From NCBI GenBank assembly GCA_965215335.1, contig CBDCDA010000001.1, positions 384,001 through 448,000 on the forward strand: a stretch of 64,000 nt of DNA. Direction: 5' to 3'. The position numbers and the translations under genes were made by a program. Source of the DNA: an uncultured Candidatus Entotheonella sp. GTDB taxonomy: Bacteria > Tectomicrobia > Entotheonellia > Entotheonellales > Entotheonellaceae. This document shows, piece by piece, positions 58,990 to 64,000 of the stretch; within the stretch, counting starts at the first letter, position 1; every line of letters begins with the position of its first letter. The notes below the pieces were generated by a model that was not told the origin of the DNA, made no database searches, and saw nothing but the letters and a program-made list of their open reading frames with translations.

Positions 58990-59778
58990 TTACCGATGTT
59001 GAAAGCACGGCTCTCGTTTGCCGATGAACGCATCCACGCCCTCGCGCGCGTCCTCGGTCTGGAACACCTTGGCGAACAGGTCCGCCTCGATCTGCAGACC
59101 CTCGGCCAGGGGGGTGCCCAAGCCGCGATGCACCGCCTGCTGAATGTAACGCAGGGCCACGCCCGGTCGTTCCGTCAGGCGCTTGCCGATCTCCCTGGCG
59201 GCTGACAGCGCCTCGCCGGACGGCACCACGTGATTCGCCAGACCGATCCGGTGCGCCTCTTCGGCACCGATCGGGTCGCCCGTGAACATGAGCTCCTTGG
59301 CGATACCGGCGCCGACCAGACGCGGCAGCCGCTGCGTGCCGCCGGCTCCTGGCAGCAGGCCCAGCTTGATTTCCGGCTGCCCCATCTGCGCGTTTGCCGC
59401 CACGATACGCAGGTCGCAGGCCATGCTCACTTCCATGCCGCCGCCCAGCGCCAGGCCATTGACGGCCGCCAGCGTCGGCTTGCCCAGGTTCTCGATGGCG
59501 CCCAGACTGGCATGCAGTCGCCGGGCCAGCTTCTCGGCCCGACCCGGCGTCAGCAGGCCAGGAAATTCCCTGATGTCGAAGCCGGCGCAAAAGGCCCGTT
59601 CACCCGCGCCGGTGATGATTGCCACCAACACCTCCGGGGCGTCGGCCAACCCGGTGAAGCACGCGGCCAACTCCTCCACCATTTGCGGGTGCAGAACGTT
59701 CAGAGGAGGGTTGGTCAGCGAAACGATGGCGAGCGGGCCTTCCTTGCTCAGGCGAATCATTTGCCAATCGGCAGCCAT
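58990..59778 (-). CDS. Enoyl-CoA hydratase/isomerase family protein
   Basis: AFCAGFDI, AAVNGLALGGG.E, GQPEIKLGLLPGAGGTQRL, EGVDAF..KR.P.F. Confidence 0.93.
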   Translation of the reverse strand: MAADWQMIRLSKEGPLAIVSLTNPPLNVLHPQMVEELAACFTGLADAPEVLVAIITGAGERAFCAGFDIREFPGLLTPGRAEKLARRLHASLGAIENLGKPTLAAVNGLALGGGMEVSMACDLRIVAANAQMGQPEIKLGLLPGAGGTQRLPRLVGAGIAKELMFTGDPIGAEEAHRIGLANHVVPSGEALSAAREIGKRLTERPGVALRYIQQAVHRGLGTPLAEGLQIEADLFAKVFQTEDAREGVDAFIGKREPCFQHR

Positions 59779-59801
59779 GTGGGTCTCCTGTCCGGGCGCT
59801 A

Positions 59802-60452
59802 TCAGGTGGTCTGATCGCGCAGGTAGCGGGTGAGGTCCTCGATATTTTGTTTGACCGACGGCATGTTGGGGTTGACGGCGATGGCGCGCTTGAAGAATTC
59901 CAGGGCCCTGACCGGATTGCGCAGCCCCAGGTAGACCAGGCCCGAGCCGCTGAGTGCCCCGAAGTGGATCGGGTTGAGCGCCAGCGTCTTGTCGCAGTCC
60001 TCCAGCGACTCTTCGTATCTCTCCTGCATGTAGTAGACGGTGGCGCGCTTGTTGTAACCCTCGGCGAAGTCCGGGGCCATGGCGATGACCTCCGAGAAGA
60101 TGTTCACGGCCTCGGCGAGGGCGCGCCGGTTCATGGCGTCGATGCCCGCCTGCAGGCGCCGGTCCACCTCGTCGTTGCCGGAGCGGTGCCACACCTGCCA
60201 CAGCGCCTGCGCCGACGTTTCGCGCACCATGCGGTCGGCGTCGTGCAGCGCCTTGGCCAGGGGCTGGGTGGCCCGCTGGTCGCCGATGCGCGCCAGGGTC
60301 AAGACGGCCTGCCGGCGTTCGGGCGTCTTGCCCTGCTCCAGCATGGCGATGGCCTCGCTGACCGGCTCGGCGGCGCCGTTGCGCGACAGCATTACCATGA
60401 GCGCCAGCCCGGCCGTCATCATCAACAGATTGGTGGGGGCGGAAACGATCAT
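59802..60452 (-). CDS. HEAT-repeat plus TPR protein
   Basis: RRQAV..LARIGD...L..ALHD.D..VR..ALW, PDFAEGYNKRATVYY, LNPIHFGALSG. Confidence 0.85.
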   Translation of the reverse strand: MIVSAPTNLLMMTAGLALMVMLSRNGAAEPVSEAIAMLEQGKTPERRQAVLTLARIGDQRATQPLAKALHDADRMVRETSAQALWQVWHRSGNDEVDRRLQAGIDAMNRRALAEAVNIFSEVIAMAPDFAEGYNKRATVYYMQERYEESLEDCDKTLALNPIHFGALSGSGLVYLGLRNPVRALEFFKRAIAVNPNMPSVKQNIEDLTRYLRDQTT

Positions 60453-60484
60453 CGTCTATCTCCTCCATGATCCCACGGGTTGAC

Positions 60485-61405
60485 TCAATCGCCGGCCAGC
60501 GACAGGCCCGTGGCCAGCCGGCAGGCGGCACGCACCGTTTGGCAGTGCGCCTCAACAATCGCCTCGACCTGCGGCGCGTAACCGCCGCCCAGGGTGATGA
60601 CCAGCGGCACGTCGGCGTTACGAAACGTGGACAAGACGCGGCTATCGCGCCGGCGCAGGCCGTCAAGCGACAGCGACAGCCGCCCGAGCCGGTCGCCCTC
60701 GTATGGATCGACGCCTGCCAGATACCACACCATCTGCGGGCGAAATTCGCGCTGCACGGTCTGCAGGGCGGCGTCCAGGGCGTTCAGATACGCGGCGTCG
60801 CCGGTGCCGTCGAGCAGCGCCACGTCCAGGTCGCTCGGCGGCTTGTCGAACGGGTAATTCTTCTCGCCGTGCAGCGAACACGTGTAAACGCCGGGGTCGT
60901 CCGCAAAGATCGTTGCGGTGCCGTTGCCCTGATGCACGTCGCAATCGACCACCGCAGCGCGTCGCAAGCCATGATCGCGTTGCAGCACTCGGATGGCCAC
61001 GGCGACGTCGTTGAACACCGAAAACCCCTCGCCGTGGTCGGCAAATGCGTGGTGCGAACCGCCCGCCAGATTGGCCGCCAAGCCGTCGCGCCACGCCAGA
61101 CGGCTGGCCGTGATCGTCCCGTGCACCGCCAGCCGCGCGCGCCGGGCCAGCGCTGCCGACCACGGAAAGCCCAGTGTTCGCATTTCCTTGGCCGTCATAT
61201 CGCCGGTCAGAAACCGCGTGACATAGTCGCTCGTGTGCACCAGCAGAAGGAATCCCGTCGCCACCGGTCGGGGCGCCACCACCCACTCTGCCGCCAGGGT
61301 ACCCTCGGCGAGCAGGCGCTCGTACACCAAGCCGTATTTCTGCATGGGAAAACGGTGTCCGGCACCGATGTCCACGACGTAATCCGGGTGGTAAGCAACG
61401 AACAT
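60485..61405 (-). CDS. Histone deacetylase family protein
   Basis: HRFPM.KY, GGSHHA, D.DVHQGNGT, AGVD...GDRLG, GGGY. Confidence 0.93.
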   Translation of the reverse strand: MFVAYHPDYVVDIGAGHRFPMQKYGLVYERLLAEGTLAAEWVVAPRPVATGFLLLVHTSDYVTRFLTGDMTAKEMRTLGFPWSAALARRARLAVHGTITASRLAWRDGLAANLAGGSHHAFADHGEGFSVFNDVAVAIRVLQRDHGLRRAAVVDCDVHQGNGTATIFADDPGVYTCSLHGEKNYPFDKPPSDLDVALLDGTGDAAYLNALDAALQTVQREFRPQMVWYLAGVDPYEGDRLGRLSLSLDGLRRRDSRVLSTFRNADVPLVITLGGGYAPQVEAIVEAHCQTVRAACRLATGLSLAGD

Positions 61406-61421
61406 TACGGCCCTCGTGTGC

Positions 61422-62597
61422 CTAAAAAGCGTCCAGCCCAGTCAGCGCGCGACCCAGGACCAGGGTGTGAATCTCGTCGGTGCCCTCGTAGGTGTACACC
61501 GATTCGAGGTTGAGCAGGTGGCGGATGGGCGCGTGCTCCAGCGAGATACCGCTGGCGCCGTGGATCGAACGCGCCTTGCGGGCGATGGCCAGCGCCTGCC
61601 GCACGTTGTTCTTCTTGGCCAGGCTGACCTGGTACGGCGTCAGCCGGTCTCTGTCCTTGAGGCGGGCGAAGTGGACATTCATCAACTGGCCTTTGGCGAT
61701 CTCCACGGCCATGTCGACCAAGTGCTCCTGGATCAATTGTTTACTGCCGATCGGCACGCCAAATTGCACCCGGCTGCGGCTATACGCCAAGGCTGAATCG
61801 AAACACGCCCGTGCTGCCCCCATGACACCCCAGGCGACCCCGAAGCGCGCCTGGTCGAGGCACGCCAGCGGCGACCCCAGGCCGCGCGATTCGGGCAGGA
61901 TGTTGTCCTTGGGAATGCGGCAGTCCGACAGCACGATTTCGCCGGTATGCGAGGCGCGCATGGACATTTTGCGCAGGATGGCGGGGGTGTCGAAGCCGGG
62001 GGTGCCGCGTTCCACCAGAAAGCCGCGCACCGTCTGCCGGTCGTCCGCCGCCAGTCTGGCCCATACGACCGCCACGTCGCACGCTGGCGAGTTGGTGATC
62101 CACATCTTGCTGCCGTTGAGCACGTATGCGTCGCCGTCCGGTCGAGCCGTGGCGCGCATGGCGCCGGGGTCGGAGCCGGAGTCGGGTTCCGTGAGCCCGA
62201 AACAGCCGATGGCCTCGCCCCTGGCCATGCGCGGCAGCCAGTGCTGCCGCTGCGCCTCGGAACCGAAGCGGTAGATGGCGTACATGGCCAGCGAGCCCTG
62301 CACCGACACGAAGCTGCGCAGGCCGCTGTCGCCGTACTCCAGTTCCTGCAGGATGAGGCCGTAGGTGACCGCGTTGACCCCGGCGCAGCCGTAGCCCTTG
62401 ATGCTGGCACCGAGCAGGCCGAGGCCGGCGACCTCAGGCACCAGGTGGTCCGGAAAGGTGTGCGCTTCGAAATGCTCACCGACGATCGGCAGGTACGTTT
62501 CCGCCACGAACTGCCGAACCGTGTCGCGCGTCAGGCGTTCGTCGTCGGTCAGCATCGAGTCGATGTCGGTGAGTTTGTCCAGGACAACAGGCTGCAT
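61422..62597 (-). CDS. Acyl-CoA dehydrogenase (glutaryl-CoA dehydrogenase-like)
   Basis: DSGLRSFVSVQGSL, GCFGLTEPDSGSDP, NGSKMWITN, YTYEGT. Confidence 0.92.
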   Translation of the reverse strand: MQPVVLDKLTDIDSMLTDDERLTRDTVRQFVAETYLPIVGEHFEAHTFPDHLVPEVAGLGLLGASIKGYGCAGVNAVTYGLILQELEYGDSGLRSFVSVQGSLAMYAIYRFGSEAQRQHWLPRMARGEAIGCFGLTEPDSGSDPGAMRATARPDGDAYVLNGSKMWITNSPACDVAVVWARLAADDRQTVRGFLVERGTPGFDTPAILRKMSMRASHTGEIVLSDCRIPKDNILPESRGLGSPLACLDQARFGVAWGVMGAARACFDSALAYSRSRVQFGVPIGSKQLIQEHLVDMAVEIAKGQLMNVHFARLKDRDRLTPYQVSLAKKNNVRQALAIARKARSIHGASGISLEHAPIRHLLNLESVYTYEGTDEIHTLVLGRALTGLDAF

Positions 62598-62627
62598 GCC
62601 GTCTCCTCGGGCGCCGTGGCAAGGGAG

Positions 62628-62650
62628 GCGGGCAGGATGCCCGCGCTCCC
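62628..62650. repeat. REP-like intergenic palindrome
   Basis: GCGGGCA-GGA-TGCCCGC hairpin followed by GCTCCC, in the gap between thiolase and acyl-CoA dehydrogenase. Confidence 0.5.
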
Positions 62651-62656
62651 AAGGGA

Positions 62657-63802
62657 TCAGGTCGCGTTCGACAGCACCAGGGTACCGGCAGCAGAGAGCA
62701 TGCCCCCCATGCCGTTGACCAGCGACAGGCTGACGTTCGGCACCTGGCGGGCGCCGCACTCGCCGCGCAGCTGGCGGGTGGCTTCGATGATCGGGAAGAT
62801 GCCGTACATACCCGAATGGGTGTACGACAGGCCGCCACCGTTGGTGTTGATCGGCAGCGAGCCGCCCGGCGTCGAACGGCCTTCCTCGAAGAACGTGGCG
62901 CCCTCGCCGGGCTCGCACATGCCGAGGGATTCGAGCATGATCGGCGGGCCGGAGGTAAAGGCGTCGTAGAGCATCACGTGGTCGAAATCGCCCGGCTCGA
63001 CGCCCGCCATTTCAAAGGCGCGCTTGCCGGAGATGCGCGTCGCCTCGCTCAGCGGCAGGCCCTTCATCTGCGTCACCATGACGTGCTCGGTACCCTCGCC
63101 GGTGCCACGCACGTACACGGGCTTCTTGGCGCAATTCTTGGCGCGGTCGGCGCGGGTGAGCACCACGGCGCCGCCGGCGTCGGTGACCAGACAGATGTTC
63201 AGGATGTTGAACGGGTAGCAGATCGGCCGCGAGTTCAGCACCTCCTCGACGGTCAGCGGATCACGGTACATGGCCTTGGGATTCAGCCCGGCCCAGGCGC
63301 GCGTCGATACCGCCACCTGCGCCCACTGCTCCAGGGTGGTGCCGTACTCGTGCATGTGGCGCGTGGTGATGAGGCCGAAATACGTCGGCGCGCCACCGAA
63401 ACCGAAGGGCGTCTCGAACTGGCCGCTGAGGCTGGAATCGCGCCCGCGCGTCACGCCGACGCCCGACCTGCCGCTCTCGCCGTGCGAGATCACCGCCACG
63501 TCGCACAGGCCATGATGCAGCGCCAGCATGGCGTGCTCCACCATGATCATGAAGGAACAGCCGCCGACGCTGGTGCCGTCCACATAGCGAGGCGTGATGC
63601 CCAGCGCCTCGCCGAGCAGGGCGGGGGAGTGCTGCCCGGCGGTGAAGATGCCGTCCACGTCGCTCACCTGCAGGCCGGCGTCGCGCACCGCGTTGCTGAC
63701 CGCTTCCAGGTGCAGGGCCAGCTGGCTGGTATTGGGCAGCACGCCGATGGCGTCGCTCTCGTCCACACCGACAATACATACGGAATTGCTCAAGCCTTTC
63801 AT
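62657..63802 (-). CDS. Thiolase-like protein (SCP-x / lipid-transfer type)
   Basis: GGCSF, NPKAMYR.P, C...DAGGA, YDAFT, NTNGGGLSYTH, EA.RQLRG. Confidence 0.92.
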   Translation of the reverse strand: MKGLSNSVCIVGVDESDAIGVLPNTSQLALHLEAVSNAVRDAGLQVSDVDGIFTAGQHSPALLGEALGITPRYVDGTSVGGCSFMIMVEHAMLALHHGLCDVAVISHGESGRSGVGVTRGRDSSLSGQFETPFGFGGAPTYFGLITTRHMHEYGTTLEQWAQVAVSTRAWAGLNPKAMYRDPLTVEEVLNSRPICYPFNILNICLVTDAGGAVVLTRADRAKNCAKKPVYVRGTGEGTEHVMVTQMKGLPLSEATRISGKRAFEMAGVEPGDFDHVMLYDAFTSGPPIMLESLGMCEPGEGATFFEEGRSTPGGSLPINTNGGGLSYTHSGMYGIFPIIEATRQLRGECGARQVPNVSLSLVNGMGGMLSAAGTLVLSNAT

Positions 63803-63840
63803 ACGGACCTCTCTCGCTGCCGGGTTCGACCGGGGGTTAG

Positions 63841-63999
63841 CTAGCTCGCTGGCTGGAACAGGGGAAGGGTGACGTCGTCGTCCAGCTTGTGAAACACCAC
63901 TTCCACCGGCATGTCGCAACGGATGCCCTGCGGGTCGGGCTCGACGTTGACGAGGTTGGACAGCAGGCGCGGTCCCTCTTCGAGCTGCACCATGGCCAG
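63841..63999 (-). CDS. DUF35 Zn-ribbon/OB-fold protein, C-terminal part (5'-partial)
   Basis: Manual translation LAMVQLEEGPRLLSNLV...IRCDMPVEVVF....TLPLFQP*. This family is the usual partner upstream of SCP-x thiolases. Confidence 0.85.
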   Translation of the reverse strand: MAMVQLEEGPRLLSNLVNVEPDPQGIRCDMPVEVVFHKLDDDVTLPLFQPAS

Positions 64000-64000
64000 G

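Noticed and set aside
58990..60666. 558-aa ORF as an enoyl-CoA hydratase fusion
   Set aside because: The upstream part is an alternative frame over the HEAT/TPR and HDAC genes. The hydratase starts at 59778.

Overview
A high-GC bacterial chromosomal segment with no rRNA, tRNA or CRISPR array that I could recognise. The gene mix (Uma2, F420-LLM, many SDRs, acyl-CoA ligase/Liv transporter, gene fragments) resembles host-associated lineages such as Tectomicrobia/Entotheonella-like bacteria, but this is an impression, not a taxonomic call. Ordinary metabolic and transport genes occupy about 1-11.6 kb and 34.6-64 kb. Between them lies a roughly 23 kb, almost entirely minus-strand defence island (about 11.7-34.5 kb). 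In transcription order it contains: (i) a tightly overlapping four-gene operon encoding a PAPS-reductase/PP-loop Cys-rich protein, an SF2 DEAH helicase, a MORC/GHKL ATPase and a single-HKD PLD nuclease, which is the best candidate for an undescribed modification-coupled defence system; (ii) IS5 and NACHT-type-tail scars; (iii) an intact type IIG restriction-modification fusion; (iv) an inverted paralogue of the Gld-type ABC operon at 6.2-11.6 kb; (v) a PLD-SNF2 helicase and an Eco57I-like methyltransferase separated by a VapC toxin and an unusual chimeric antitoxin, with signs of a target-recognition-domain swap in the methyltransferase; (vi) BrnT and IS4 remnants. An orphan TIR gene, a poly-G frameshifted ABC binding protein and a triple zinc-ribbon protein are also notable. 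All family calls come from reading motifs by eye; no database search was run.
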